The notes under the pieces: generated by a model
What the model was told of the DNA's origin: nothing
Databases searched by the model: none
Seen by the model: the letters and a program-made list of their open reading frames with translations, nothing else
Translations under genes and position numbers: made by a program
Shown: positions 19,375-29,758 of the stretch, one piece after another
Position numbering within the stretch: position 1 is the first letter of the stretch
Layout of the letters: every line of letters starts with the position of its first letter
Origin: Campylobacteraceae bacterium
Lineage (GTDB): Bacteria; Campylobacterota; Campylobacteria; Campylobacterales; JALSKU01
Length of the DNA stretch: 57,957 nucleotides
Reading direction: 5' to 3'
Assembly (NCBI GenBank): GCA_026993075.1
Contig: JALWUQ010000048.1
Coordinates: 1 to 57,957, forward strand

Positions 19375-20618
19375 GCTTTTTACAAACAACTGACCCAAAA
19401 ATATATGAATTAGCACAAAAAGAGTTAAAAAGACAAAGTGAGCATCTTGAAATGATTGCAAGTGAAAATTTTACATACCCTGCTGTTATGGAAGCTATGG
19501 GAAGTGTATTTACAAATAAATATGCAGAAGGATATCCCAAAAAAAGATACTATGGCGGTTGCGAATATGCAGATCAGGTAGAACAACTTGCGATAGATAG
19601 AGCTTGTGAGCTTTTCGGATGCACCTATGCAAATGTACAGCCAAATTCCGGCAGTCAGGCCAACCAAGCTGTTTATCAAGCACTTTTAAAACCTTATGAT
19701 AAAATACTCGGAATGGATTTAAGCCAAGGAGGACATCTTACACACGGATCTAAAGTGAGCAGTTCCGGAAAAACATATTCCAGTTTCTTTTATGGAGTTG
19801 ATAAAAATGGAAGAATTGACTATGATGAAGTCAGAAAAATAGCAAAAATCGTAAAGCCAAAAATCATAGTTTGTGGTGCAAGTGCCTATCCAAGAGAGAT
19901 AAATTTTGAAAAATTTAGAGAAATTGCAGATGAAGTTGGAGCATATCTTTTTGGTGATGTCGCACACATTGCAGGTCTTATAGTAGCAAATGAGCATCCA
20001 AATCCATTTCCGCATTGCCATATCATTACCACAACAACACACAAAACATTAAGAGGTCCAAGAGGAGGCTTAATACTGACAAATGATGAAGAATTATCAA
20101 AGAAAATCAATAGTGCAATTTTTCCTGGTATTCAAGGCGGACCTTTAGTTCATGTGATTGCAGCTAAGGCTGTCGGATTTTTAAAAAATTTAGAGCCATC
20201 TTGGAAGGAATATGCAAAACAGGTAAAAGCAAATACCAAAATTCTTTCTAATATTTTACTCAAAAGAGGGTATAATGTTGTAAGTGGAGGAACTGATAAT
20301 CATCTTATACTGGTATCATTTTTAGATAAAAGCTTTAGTGGCAAGGATGCTGATATTGCACTTGGAAAAGCAGGTATAACAGTCAATAAAAACACAGTTC
20401 CTGGAGAAACAAGAAGTCCATTTGTAACCAGTGGTATCAGAATAGGCTCAGCCGCACTTACAAGCAGGGGAATGAAAGAGAAAGAATTTGAAATTATAGC
20501 AAATAATATTGCTGACATTTTAGATGATATAGAAAATGAAGAGTTGCAAAAAAAGATAAAAAAAGAGTTAAAAGAGTTGGCAAGCAATTTCATAATATAC
20601 GACAGAGCAACATACTAA
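19371..20618 (+). CDS. glyA: Serine hydroxymethyltransferase
   Basis: PLP-lysine motif [14 protein letters not shown]. 415 aa. The ATG overlaps the lysS stop (ATGA). Confidence 0.97.
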   Translation: MSFLQTTDPKIYELAQKELKRQSEHLEMIASENFTYPAVMEAMGSVFTNKYAEGYPKKRYYGGCEYADQVEQLAIDRACELFGCTYANVQPNSGSQANQAVYQALLKPYDKILGMDLSQGGHLTHGSKVSSSGKTYSSFFYGVDKNGRIDYDEVRKIAKIVKPKIIVCGASAYPREINFEKFREIADEVGAYLFGDVAHIAGLIVANEHPNPFPHCHIITTTTHKTLRGPRGGLILTNDEELSKKINSAIFPGIQGGPLVHVIAAKAVGFLKNLEPSWKEYAKQVKANTKILSNILLKRGYNVVSGGTDNHLILVSFLDKSFSGKDADIALGKAGITVNKNTVPGETRSPFVTSGIRIGSAALTSRGMKEKEFEIIANNIADILDDIENEELQKKIKKELKELASNFIIYDRATY

Positions 20619-20629
20619 GGATAGAATAA

Positions 20630-21172
20630 ATGTATAATGTTGATATCAGCCTTATTAAGATGGTAACAAAATTTTATTTTGTAAAGTCTGATAAAATCAT
20701 AAATAAAATCAGCTACAAAGGTAAAACTTTCTTTGATAAATTTGAAAAAGTTGACAAAAGTCTAACAAGATCTGTCATGAATGATCATGCTGATAAAAAG
20801 ATTGTAGTGGCACACACACTAATAAGCGACAGAGATATTGTAGAAAATATTGTATTTGACTATAATGGAAGAGATAGTGAAAGATTTTGGCATAGAGCGC
20901 AACTTATGCTTAGAGAAGAAGGATATATAAATTTTACAGCATATAAAAGTAAAACGCAGGGGCATCTTCATTTGTATATACATAAAGGGCATACAACACT
21001 TCAAGAGGCATACCAACTTGCAAAGCTTTTATCGGCAAAATTGCAACAAAAAATGCCAAAACAGTGGAAAATGTTTCCCGATCCAAATATTCCAAGAGAA
21101 TTTAATATATTGATATTACCTTACGAAGTATATAAAAAAGAGAGGGGTTCGACTTGGTCAAAACATTTATAA
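20630..21172 (+). CDS. DUF1882-like protein conserved downstream of glyA in epsilonproteobacteria
   Basis: 180-aa ORF. It occupies the position after glyA, as in Helicobacter and Campylobacter (recollection). Confidence 0.55.
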   Translation: MYNVDISLIKMVTKFYFVKSDKIINKISYKGKTFFDKFEKVDKSLTRSVMNDHADKKIVVAHTLISDRDIVENIVFDYNGRDSERFWHRAQLMLREEGYINFTAYKSKTQGHLHLYIHKGHTTLQEAYQLAKLLSAKLQQKMPKQWKMFPDPNIPREFNILILPYEVYKKERGSTWSKHL

Positions 21173-21229
21173 CTGATCACGAATATGATATAATGTATAA
21201 GGTTAGTTTTGTAAACCAAAGGAGAGGTT

Positions 21230-21943
21230 ATGGAAGAAAAAAATGAATTGAGCGATATAATGTTAGATAAAAATACAGATAAAACACCAAGGGTTAAAAA
21301 GATATTATTAGTAGCAATAATACTAATTGTTTTATTTTTGCTTATTTTGGTTGGTATGAAACTGTTTAATAAACCTTCTGTAAAGAAAAATAATTTTAAT
21401 ATTGTGCTTCCGCCTGAGCCGACTACAAAAGTTCAGCCAAATAAAACCAATAATGAGCTTTTCAAACAAGTTCCTATAATTGAAGAAAACAATACTCAAC
21501 AAAATAATTTTAATGCCATGGTTGAAAAACTTAAAAAAAGAGAACAACAAAAACAAATACCATCTGCTGAAAAAAAACTTACTCCAACAGTAGCAAAAAA
21601 GCAAAACGCGCCTGCAAACAATGTAAAAAATGTTTTAAGTAAAATCAATACAAAAAAAATATTTCATAAAAGAAAAAGTGAAAAGAAAAAAGCGAAAAAG
21701 TATCTAAAAGGTAATACATACATTCAAGTGGGAGTAACATTTGAATCAAAACCAAATAAAAGATACTTAAAAAGGATTTCAAAACTCGGGTACAGATACA
21801 GACTTTACAGCTTAAAGATTGCAGGAAAACATGCAACAAAGATACTTATAGGTCCTTACAGAGACGCCAAGGCTGCACAAAGAAATATATCTAAGATAAA
21901 AAAAGAGATAAACAGAGCTGCTTTTTTGTATGTGATTAGGTAG
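21230..21943 (+). CDS. SPOR domain membrane protein
   Basis: N-terminal TM segment, a Lys/Asn-rich linker and a C-terminal SPOR-like block (YIQVGVT...GYRYRLY...ILIGPYRDAKAAQ). Confidence 0.65.
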   Translation: MEEKNELSDIMLDKNTDKTPRVKKILLVAIILIVLFLLILVGMKLFNKPSVKKNNFNIVLPPEPTTKVQPNKTNNELFKQVPIIEENNTQQNNFNAMVEKLKKREQQKQIPSAEKKLTPTVAKKQNAPANNVKNVLSKINTKKIFHKRKSEKKKAKKYLKGNTYIQVGVTFESKPNKRYLKRISKLGYRYRLYSLKIAGKHATKILIGPYRDAKAAQRNISKIKKEINRAAFLYVIR

Positions 21944-21948
21944 GTTTG

Positions 21949-23361
21949 ATGGTTGAATTTAGAAGTATTTTATGTGACCAGCTGACACCGATTGCTATAT
22001 ACAAAAGAGTTAAAGAGTTATATCAAGACGAGATAACTCTTTTCTTTGAAAGCGCTATAAACACAAGTGATGGGAATTTCTCCTTTATTTTTATGGGAGC
22101 AAGGGAACGCATTGTCCATAATAACACTCAAAGCAATTTTATATCAGAAGACGGAAACACTAAAATAATACGCAACAACCCATTTGCTTTTTTAAAAGAG
22201 TATTATAGAAAAATAGATATATTAAAATATAAAAAATTGGCAAAAGAAGCAAAAGTAGGCTTTGTAGATGGATTTATAGGTTATATCGGTTATGATGCTG
22301 TTAAGATTTTTGAGGATAAACTCAAAAAAAATATGCAAAATCTAAAAGATGATTTAAATATACCTGATATTGTATTAATCAGACCAAAAATAACTTTGGC
22401 TTTTTCTCATAAAACAAACAAATTAACTCTTATTAGTGAAATCAAAGAAAAATCAAAATATTTTGATGAAATAACAGATGCTATATTTAAGCCTTACACT
22501 CCATTAGAAATAATCAAGACAAAAATCAATAAATCAAAAGGAAAATTTGAATTTTCAAAAGAACAATTTTTTGATATGGTAGAGAAATCCAAAGATATGA
22601 TAAGAAGTGGTGATGTATTTCAAATAGTTTTATCAAATCGTTTTACCCAACCTGCAAATATAGATAAACTAAGTTTTTACAGGATTTTAAGAAGTAAAAA
22701 CCCGTCACCTTATATGTATCTGCTTGATTTTAACAAATTTTCCATAGTCGGAAGTTCACCTGAAGTCATGGTGGCTCTAAAAGATAGGCAAATATTGCTT
22801 AGACCCATCGCAGGTACAAGAAAAAGAGGTGATAACTTTTTAAAAGATTTTGAACTCGAAAAAGATATGTTAAATGATGAAAAGGAAAGAGCTGAACATT
22901 TGATGCTAATTGATCTAGGTAGGAATGATGTGGGTAAAGTTGCTAAAGTAGGCACTGTAGAAGTTAAAGACATGATGAGAGTTGAAAAATATTCTCATGT
23001 GATGCACATGGTCAGTGATGTTGTAGCAACTTTGGATGAAAAATATGATATGTTTGATCTTTTTGCGGCAACTTTTACAGCCGGTACGATGACTGGAACC
23101 CCCAAGATAAGAGCTATGGAATTAATAGCAGAATTTGAAGGACTTAAAAGAAGTTATTATAGTGGTGTTATTGGATATTTTGGATTTGATGGCAACATGG
23201 ACAGTGCGATTTCCATAAGAACTTCATATCTTGATGATAAAAAGATTGTATTTCAAGCAGGTGCAGGTGTGGTAGCAGACAGCAAAAAAGAGTTAGAATA
23301 CCTTGAAGTACAAAATAAACTCCAGGCTCTTATGAGCTCACTTGATGATTTATCCTTATAA
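21949..23361 (+). CDS. Chorismate-utilising enzyme, anthranilate/aminodeoxychorismate synthase component I (TrpE/PabB family)
   Basis: FFESA, RPIAGTRKRG, LIDLGRNDVGKV, HVMHMVS and GAGVVADS are present. Ala rather than Lys in PIAGT favours the TrpE type. No trpG/trpD lies adjacent. Confidence 0.8.
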   Translation: MVEFRSILCDQLTPIAIYKRVKELYQDEITLFFESAINTSDGNFSFIFMGARERIVHNNTQSNFISEDGNTKIIRNNPFAFLKEYYRKIDILKYKKLAKEAKVGFVDGFIGYIGYDAVKIFEDKLKKNMQNLKDDLNIPDIVLIRPKITLAFSHKTNKLTLISEIKEKSKYFDEITDAIFKPYTPLEIIKTKINKSKGKFEFSKEQFFDMVEKSKDMIRSGDVFQIVLSNRFTQPANIDKLSFYRILRSKNPSPYMYLLDFNKFSIVGSSPEVMVALKDRQILLRPIAGTRKRGDNFLKDFELEKDMLNDEKERAEHLMLIDLGRNDVGKVAKVGTVEVKDMMRVEKYSHVMHMVSDVVATLDEKYDMFDLFAATFTAGTMTGTPKIRAMELIAEFEGLKRSYYSGVIGYFGFDGNMDSAISIRTSYLDDKKIVFQAGAGVVADSKKELEYLEVQNKLQALMSSLDDLSL

Positions 23362-23384
23362 AATATTGGAAAAAAGATATTAAA

Positions 23385-24182
23385 ATGAAACTTTTTACTA
23401 TATTTGGCAACCCAGTTTCTCATTCTATTTCACCTTTGATTCACAACCATACCATAAAATCTCTATGCATTAATGCATGTTATACAAGAACACTTTTGAA
23501 AGACGGATATCTTATAAAAAACAAATTCCATACAATGAAATTAAATGGTGCAAATATAACAGTTCCGTTTAAAGAAGATGCTTTTATGATTTGCGATGAG
23601 ATAAAAGGAATTGCAAAAGATATTGGAGCAGTTAACACTATAATTAAAAAAAATGACAAGCTTATAGGATTCAATACAGATGCTCCCGGATTTTATGAGA
23701 GTATTAAAGATTTTAAAAATATCAAAAATATACTGATTTTAGGTGCTGGTGGTACTGCAAGAGCCATATCTGTTTTTCTCAGACAAAAAGAATTCAATGT
23801 TGATATTCTAAATAGAAGTAAGAATAGGCTTGCATTTTTTGAGGAACAAAACTTCAATGTTTTTTCCTGGGATAATTTTCAAATTTGTAAATATGATTTG
23901 ATTGTCAATACCACTTCCGCCGGATTAAGTAGTGACATTTTGCCGATCAAGGCAGATACCCTCCAAAAACTTTTCAAAAAAGCAAAATATGCAGTTGATG
24001 TTATTTACAATAAAGAAACACCTTTTTTAAAAGAAGCAAAAAAAGCAAAACTAACCACAAAAGATGGTTCTGATATGCTTCTGTATCAAGCTGTTTTAGC
24101 TTTTGAAATATTTTTTGATAATAAATACAATAAAAAAGATATAAAACAGTATATGCAAGAAGCTTTTAAGCTATTTTTTTAA
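23385..24182 (+). CDS. aroE: Shikimate dehydrogenase
   Basis: NPVSHSISPLIHN, NITVPFKE and GAGGTARA are present. Confidence 0.9.
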   Translation: MKLFTIFGNPVSHSISPLIHNHTIKSLCINACYTRTLLKDGYLIKNKFHTMKLNGANITVPFKEDAFMICDEIKGIAKDIGAVNTIIKKNDKLIGFNTDAPGFYESIKDFKNIKNILILGAGGTARAISVFLRQKEFNVDILNRSKNRLAFFEEQNFNVFSWDNFQICKYDLIVNTTSAGLSSDILPIKADTLQKLFKKAKYAVDVIYNKETPFLKEAKKAKLTTKDGSDMLLYQAVLAFEIFFDNKYNKKDIKQYMQEAFKLFF

Positions 24183-26082
24183 AGTAAACTACCCCGAGAG
24201 CCGGCATATCAAACTCTATAGAGTTTTCTCTACCCCATGCAAGAACTTTTTGTGTTTCATATATAGTATCATCATCAGGTCCCCATCCTTCGTAGCAAGA
24301 ACTTTGAGAGTTAAATACCATCTTGTATCTTCCTTCTTTAGGTACTGCAACTCTGTATTTTTTTCTAAAATGATCTGCAAAGTTACATACGGTTATAATA
24401 GTTTCATCTTCTTTATCACTCTTTCTAAAAAAGGAGATTGTATTATTAGAATTATCACTTCTTTCTATCCACTCAAAACCTTTATGTTCACCATCATAAA
24501 GGTATAAAGCTCTCTCATTTTTATATATTTTATTTAATTCACTCACCATCTTTTGCAATCCCCTGTGCTTTGGCTGTTCAAGCAAATGCCAATCAAGACT
24601 CTCTTTATATTTCCACTCTCTGTACTGTGCAAACTCACAACCCATAAAAAGTAGTTTTTTGCCCGGATGTGCAGTCATATATCCATACAAAGCCCTTAAA
24701 TTTGCAAATTTTTGATTTTCATCACCTGCCATTTTATTGATGAGTGAACCTTTCATATGCACCACCTCATCATGGCTTAAAGGAAGCATGAAATTTTCAT
24801 CAAATGCGTACCAGATGCTAAATGTTAACTGTTCTTGATGATGCTGCCTGTATATAGGATCAAGCGAAAAATATTTTAATGTATCATGCATCCAACCCAT
24901 GTTCCACTTGAAGCCAAAACCAAGTCCACCGTCACTTACAGGTTTTGTTACTTTCGGATAAGCTGTTGACTCTTCAGCTATCATCAAAATATCTTTAAAT
25001 TCGCTGTAAACAGAAGTATTTAACTGCTTTAAAAATTCTATTGCTTCAAGATTTTCATTACCACCATATTTATTTGGCAACCATTCACCATCTTTTCTTG
25101 CATAATTTAAATAAAGCATGCTAGCTACCGCATCAACTCTGATACCGTCTATATGATACTTTTCAAACCAAAAAGATGCACTGCTTATCAAAAATGCTCT
25201 TACTTCATTTCGCCCATAATTAAATATAGCACTTCCCCACTCAGGATGATAGCCTAATCTTGGGTCTTTATGCTCGTAAAGACAAGTCCCGTCAAATGTC
25301 ATAAGCCCATGCCCGTCTGTGACAAAATGTGACGGCACCCAATCAAGTATAATTCCTATACCGTTTTGATGCAAAATCTCTACAAACTTCATAAATTCTT
25401 TAGGTGTTCCATACCTCGCAGTAGGAGCAAAATAACCGGTAACTTGATATCCCCAAGAACCTTCAAAAGGATACTCAGTAATTGGCATAAGCTCTAAATG
25501 AGTATAATTCATCTCTTTTAGATAAGTACTTAATTCAACAGCAGCTTCTTCATAGCTTAAAACTCTACTTTTTTCTTCAACTTTTCTTTTCCAGGAACCA
25601 AAATGAAGCTCATATATGCTTACAGGTTTGTCATAAGCATTTACTTTATCTCTTTGCTGCATCCACTTTTCATCTTTCCAATTAAATCCCTCTATATTAT
25701 AAGTTACAGAAGCAGACTTAGGAGGTTTTTCACAGTAAAATCCATAAGGATCAGTTTTTATATTTACAACATTATCAATATTGGAGACTATATGATACTT
25801 ATATGTTACTCCTTCGCTCACATTATCTATAAATCCTTCCCAAATACCTGAGTCATCCCCTCTTACATTTAAAATATTTGCATTTGGTTCGTATCCATTA
25901 AAATCAGCTACAACGCTGACACTCTTTGCATTTGGCGCCCAAAGAGCAAAATAAACTCCATCTTTTCCATCTCTTTGCATAAAATGTGAGCCAAATTTAT
26001 CATAAAGTTTTGTATGAGTGCCCTCTTTGAAAAGGTATATATCCATCTCGCTAAATCTTGAAATATCATAATATGTTTGCAT
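24166..26082 (-). CDS. glgB: 1,4-alpha-glucan branching enzyme (GH13)
   Basis: 638 aa. Catalytic blocks GIRVDAVASM, MIAEEST and LSHDEVVH are present, with an N-terminal CBM48-type module. Confidence 0.93.
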   Translation of the reverse strand: MQTYYDISRFSEMDIYLFKEGTHTKLYDKFGSHFMQRDGKDGVYFALWAPNAKSVSVVADFNGYEPNANILNVRGDDSGIWEGFIDNVSEGVTYKYHIVSNIDNVVNIKTDPYGFYCEKPPKSASVTYNIEGFNWKDEKWMQQRDKVNAYDKPVSIYELHFGSWKRKVEEKSRVLSYEEAAVELSTYLKEMNYTHLELMPITEYPFEGSWGYQVTGYFAPTARYGTPKEFMKFVEILHQNGIGIILDWVPSHFVTDGHGLMTFDGTCLYEHKDPRLGYHPEWGSAIFNYGRNEVRAFLISSASFWFEKYHIDGIRVDAVASMLYLNYARKDGEWLPNKYGGNENLEAIEFLKQLNTSVYSEFKDILMIAEESTAYPKVTKPVSDGGLGFGFKWNMGWMHDTLKYFSLDPIYRQHHQEQLTFSIWYAFDENFMLPLSHDEVVHMKGSLINKMAGDENQKFANLRALYGYMTAHPGKKLLFMGCEFAQYREWKYKESLDWHLLEQPKHRGLQKMVSELNKIYKNERALYLYDGEHKGFEWIERSDNSNNTISFFRKSDKEDETIITVCNFADHFRKKYRVAVPKEGRYKMVFNSQSSCYEGWGPDDDTIYETQKVLAWGRENSIEFDMPALGVVYFKKIA

Positions 26083-27555
26083 TTACTTATACCTTTGTAT
26101 TTTTTTAGGATAATATAAAGATTTATAAATATCCTCATATTTGCTTGCAGCATCAATCCAACTAAAATGCTCTCTCATAGCTCTTAGCTGCATCATTTTA
26201 AAATCATCCCTCTCATTATAGTATGTTTGAACTGCCCATTTGATTGTATGATAAAGTGCATCCGGTGTTGCGAAAAGAAATTTAAATCCATTTCCTTTAT
26301 CTTTTTGCTTATCATAATTTTCTATAGTATCATCAAGCCCACCGGTTGCTCTTACTATCGGCAAAGTACCATATCTAAGGCTATATATTTGATTTAGCCC
26401 ACAAGGCTCAAATAGTGATGGCATTAAAAATATATCGCTTCCAGCTTCAATCTTATGGGCTAATTTATTATTATACCCGATATAACATCCAAATTTATCA
26501 TGATATCTTGAGGCAACTTCACTAAAAAATCCTTCTGCCCATTTTTCACCGCTTCCAAGCATCACAATTTGTATATCCAAATCCATAAGCCCTTCAATAA
26601 CAGAAGCTATCAACCCTATTCCTTTTTGTTCAACCAACCTGCCTACAAAACCAATCAAAAGAGTTTTGGCTTTTATAGGCAATCTAAAAGCTTTTTGTAA
26701 ATCCTTTTTACACTCTTTCTTGCCATTAAAACTATCTATATCAAAATTTTTAATAAGGTATTCATCAACAGCAGGCGACCACTCATCATAATCAACTCCA
26801 TTTAATATACCAAAAAGCTTATATGAATGAGCTTGTATATGCTCTTGTAAACCAAAGCCAAATTCACTTGTCTGTATTTCATGTGAGTATTTTTTGCTGA
26901 CTGTATTAAAAGCATCACAAAAAGCAATGCCACCTTTTAAAAGATTGACTCTATCCATAGCTTCAAGTTCAAGCGGAGTAAAATGCTCCCAACCCACACT
27001 TAAAATATTTATCACGCTTTTATCAAAATTTCCCTGATGCTGTAGATTGTGAATAGTCAATATACTTGAAGTTTCTTTAAAAAATTCATCCTTTAAATAA
27101 AGTGTTTTTAAAAGTATGGGTATGCTTGCGCTGTGCCAGTCATTGGCATGAATAATGTCCGGTTTAAAATTTAATGCTTTTGAAAGAACAAGAGAAGCTT
27201 TGGAAAGAAAGATAAAACGAATGGCATTATCATCATAAGCAAAACCATTTTCATCATAAAGCCCGCTTCTTCCAAAAAACCCTTCATGTTCTAAAAAATA
27301 AATCTCTACTTTACTTTTTGGCAAATACCCTCTGTAAACTCCAGCCCAAAGCTCACCTAAACTCCCCATATCAACACCTAAAGAGATGGGAAGTTTTTCT
27401 AATTTATCTCTTTTGATATCATAATATCTTGGCATTACAAGCTTTATTTCATGCCCTAATTTTTTCAAAGCTTTTGGCAAAGCTCCACTTACATCACCCA
27501 AGCCCCCTGTTTTTGCAAAAGGAGCAACCTCACTCGCAACAAAAAGTATATTCAT
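26083..27555 (-). CDS. glgA: Glycogen synthase (GT5), paralog 1
   Basis: EVAPFAKTGGLGDV, HNLQHQG, GRLVEQKG and PSLFEPCGLNQ are present. Confidence 0.92.
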   Translation of the reverse strand: MNILFVASEVAPFAKTGGLGDVSGALPKALKKLGHEIKLVMPRYYDIKRDKLEKLPISLGVDMGSLGELWAGVYRGYLPKSKVEIYFLEHEGFFGRSGLYDENGFAYDDNAIRFIFLSKASLVLSKALNFKPDIIHANDWHSASIPILLKTLYLKDEFFKETSSILTIHNLQHQGNFDKSVINILSVGWEHFTPLELEAMDRVNLLKGGIAFCDAFNTVSKKYSHEIQTSEFGFGLQEHIQAHSYKLFGILNGVDYDEWSPAVDEYLIKNFDIDSFNGKKECKKDLQKAFRLPIKAKTLLIGFVGRLVEQKGIGLIASVIEGLMDLDIQIVMLGSGEKWAEGFFSEVASRYHDKFGCYIGYNNKLAHKIEAGSDIFLMPSLFEPCGLNQIYSLRYGTLPIVRATGGLDDTIENYDKQKDKGNGFKFLFATPDALYHTIKWAVQTYYNERDDFKMMQLRAMREHFSWIDAASKYEDIYKSLYYPKKIQRYK

Positions 27556-28376
27556 AGTAGTTTTGCCCCCTCTAATGATGAATTTTTTAATTTACTGATT
27601 ATGATATTCAAATCCTCACAACTTTGCAAAAGTGCATAATTTTTTATATTTTCTTTAATCACATCCAACAGATACGGATTTGTCCTCACAACACCTCCTC
27701 CTAAAATCAATACTTTCGGATTAAACAGTGTGATAATATTTCCGGCTGCTACAAGTAAGGCTTCGATGAAATTTTTATATATTTTTTTAGCATTTTTATC
27801 TTCTGATGCAGATAATTCTTCCAAATCAAACTTTGGAAGATCATAATAATTTTCCCACTTTTCAAGACCACTACCACTTGCAAACAGTTCAATACAGTTA
27901 TTTTTACCGCATCCGCATAGAAAAGGAGCTTTTTTAAAAGGAATATGCCCTATCTCACAAGCTATATTTTTTTCACCTCTGACAATCCTTCCATTATCGG
28001 ATACGGCTGAGCCCAAACCTGTTCCTACAAAAAGCATAGCTATATTTGATTCATCCGTATAGTTTCGCTCAGCTATCAATGCACATTTTAAATCATTTTC
28101 TATTTTTAAAGCAATTTTATATTTTTTAAAAATGTATGATTTTATATCTTTTTCTTTAATTTTTATATTCGGAGAAGACAGTATCACGCCATCATCTACT
28201 TGACCGGCAAAAGATATACCTATAAAATTGATATCATCATGCTTTAATATTTTTTTTTCAATATATTCTATCAAGTCAACTTCAATGCTTAGAACCTCTT
28301 CTTTTAAGATTATATCATTTAGAAAAAGTTCACATCTAAGTTTCGTACCACCAATATCAATATACATTTTACTCAC
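27552..28376 (-). CDS. ROK family glucokinase
   Basis: DIGGTKLR, GTGLGSAV and the zinc motif CGCGKNNCIE are present. 274 aa. Confidence 0.8.
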   Translation of the reverse strand: MSKMYIDIGGTKLRCELFLNDIILKEEVLSIEVDLIEYIEKKILKHDDINFIGISFAGQVDDGVILSSPNIKIKEKDIKSYIFKKYKIALKIENDLKCALIAERNYTDESNIAMLFVGTGLGSAVSDNGRIVRGEKNIACEIGHIPFKKAPFLCGCGKNNCIELFASGSGLEKWENYYDLPKFDLEELSASEDKNAKKIYKNFIEALLVAAGNIITLFNPKVLILGGGVVRTNPYLLDVIKENIKNYALLQSCEDLNIIISKLKNSSLEGAKLL

Positions 28377-29758
28377 AATACTTCCTTATAAAGTTTTATG
28401 TATTTTTTCGCACTTTTTGCAAAAGAGAAGTTGCATTTCATATCAAATTTAACAATTTTTTCATAATTTTTTTTATTTTCAAATATACTTAAAGCCTTTT
28501 TTATAGCGTTTAATAATTCATCTTTTTGGAATTTATCAAACTTAATACCCATCGCACACTTTCTTTCGTCTTGAAAAACAGTATCTTTTAGCCCACCAAT
28601 GCCATGCACTATAGAAATGACACCATATCTTGCTGCTATCATTTGATTTAGTCCGCAAGGCTCAAAAAGTGAAGGCATGACTAAAAAATTTGCCGAGGCA
28701 TACATCTTGTGAGACATACCCTCATCATAACCTTTTATAAAGTGGATATTTTCATATTTTTTTGATAAAAGCATAAGATTTACTTCATATTTTTTTTCAC
28801 CTTCACCCAAAATAACAAATTCAAGTTTCATTTTGGAAATATCTTTTAAAAGATCAATTATCAAAGAGATACCTTTTTGCTCAACCAATCTGCCTATAAA
28901 TATAAAAAGAGGTCTTTTGCTATTTTTTATACTAAGATTTTCATAAAAAAGATTTCTATTTTTTTCTTTTTTATTTAAAGTTTTTACATCATAATTCTCT
29001 TTTATAGATTTATCATTTTTAGGATTAAAATATTCTGTATCGATACCGTTTAATATTCCCTCAAGCTTATATTTATATTTACTTAAAAAACCATCAAGTC
29101 CACAGCCATACTCCTTTGTCTGTATCTCTTTTGCATAAGTAGGACTGACAGTTGTTATCCTATCACTATAAGCTATCCCAGCTTTTAAAAGATTGACTTT
29201 GCCGTAAAACTCAAATGATTCTTGATTAAAATATTTTTTAGGTATTTCCAAAATACTTAAAATATCTTTTTCAAAAACTCCTTGATATGCGAGATTATGG
29301 ATAGTAAATACAGACTTTACCGCTGACTTTTTTTCTTTTAAGATAAAAGCCGCCAAAGCCGTATGCCAATCATTTAAATGAACAATATCTGCTTTTAAAA
29401 GCTCTGTCACTTTTGAAATGGCATAAGAAAAAATCCCAAATCTAAGAGAGTCATTTTTATATCCGTAAAGAGTGTCAACTTCGCATAAAATATCATTATA
29501 AACAAACAAAGTGTCAATTTTTTTATCAGTATGCCTGAAAAGCTCAATTTCATAAAAATTATCCCCAAAAGTTAAGATAAATTTTTTACCAAAAGGCATA
29601 ATGTTAAATTTATCTTTATCAATAAACTTATACATTGGAGTTATATTAATAATTTCACATATTTTATTAAGCTCAAGCGGTAAAGAGTGAGCCACATCAG
29701 CCAATCCTCCACTTTTTGAGTATGGAAAGACTTCACTTGAGGCGAACAAAACTCTCAT
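28373..29758 (-). CDS. Glycogen synthase (GT5), paralog 2
   Basis: EVFPYSKSGGLADV (KSGGL variant), HNLAYQG, GRLVEQKG and PSLFEPCGLNQ are present. Confidence 0.88.
   Translation of the reverse strand: MRVLFASSEVFPYSKSGGLADVAHSLPLELNKICEIINITPMYKFIDKDKFNIMPFGKKFILTFGDNFYEIELFRHTDKKIDTLFVYNDILCEVDTLYGYKNDSLRFGIFSYAISKVTELLKADIVHLNDWHTALAAFILKEKKSAVKSVFTIHNLAYQGVFEKDILSILEIPKKYFNQESFEFYGKVNLLKAGIAYSDRITTVSPTYAKEIQTKEYGCGLDGFLSKYKYKLEGILNGIDTEYFNPKNDKSIKENYDVKTLNKKEKNRNLFYENLSIKNSKRPLFIFIGRLVEQKGISLIIDLLKDISKMKLEFVILGEGEKKYEVNLMLLSKKYENIHFIKGYDEGMSHKMYASANFLVMPSLFEPCGLNQMIAARYGVISIVHGIGGLKDTVFQDERKCAMGIKFDKFQKDELLNAIKKALSIFENKKNYEKIVKFDMKCNFSFAKSAKKYIKLYKEVL

Noticed and set aside
21146-21152. 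GGTTCGA, a tRNA T-arm-like string.
   Set aside because: It lies inside the DUF1882-like CDS with no surrounding cloverleaf complementarity. I found no tRNA in the window.
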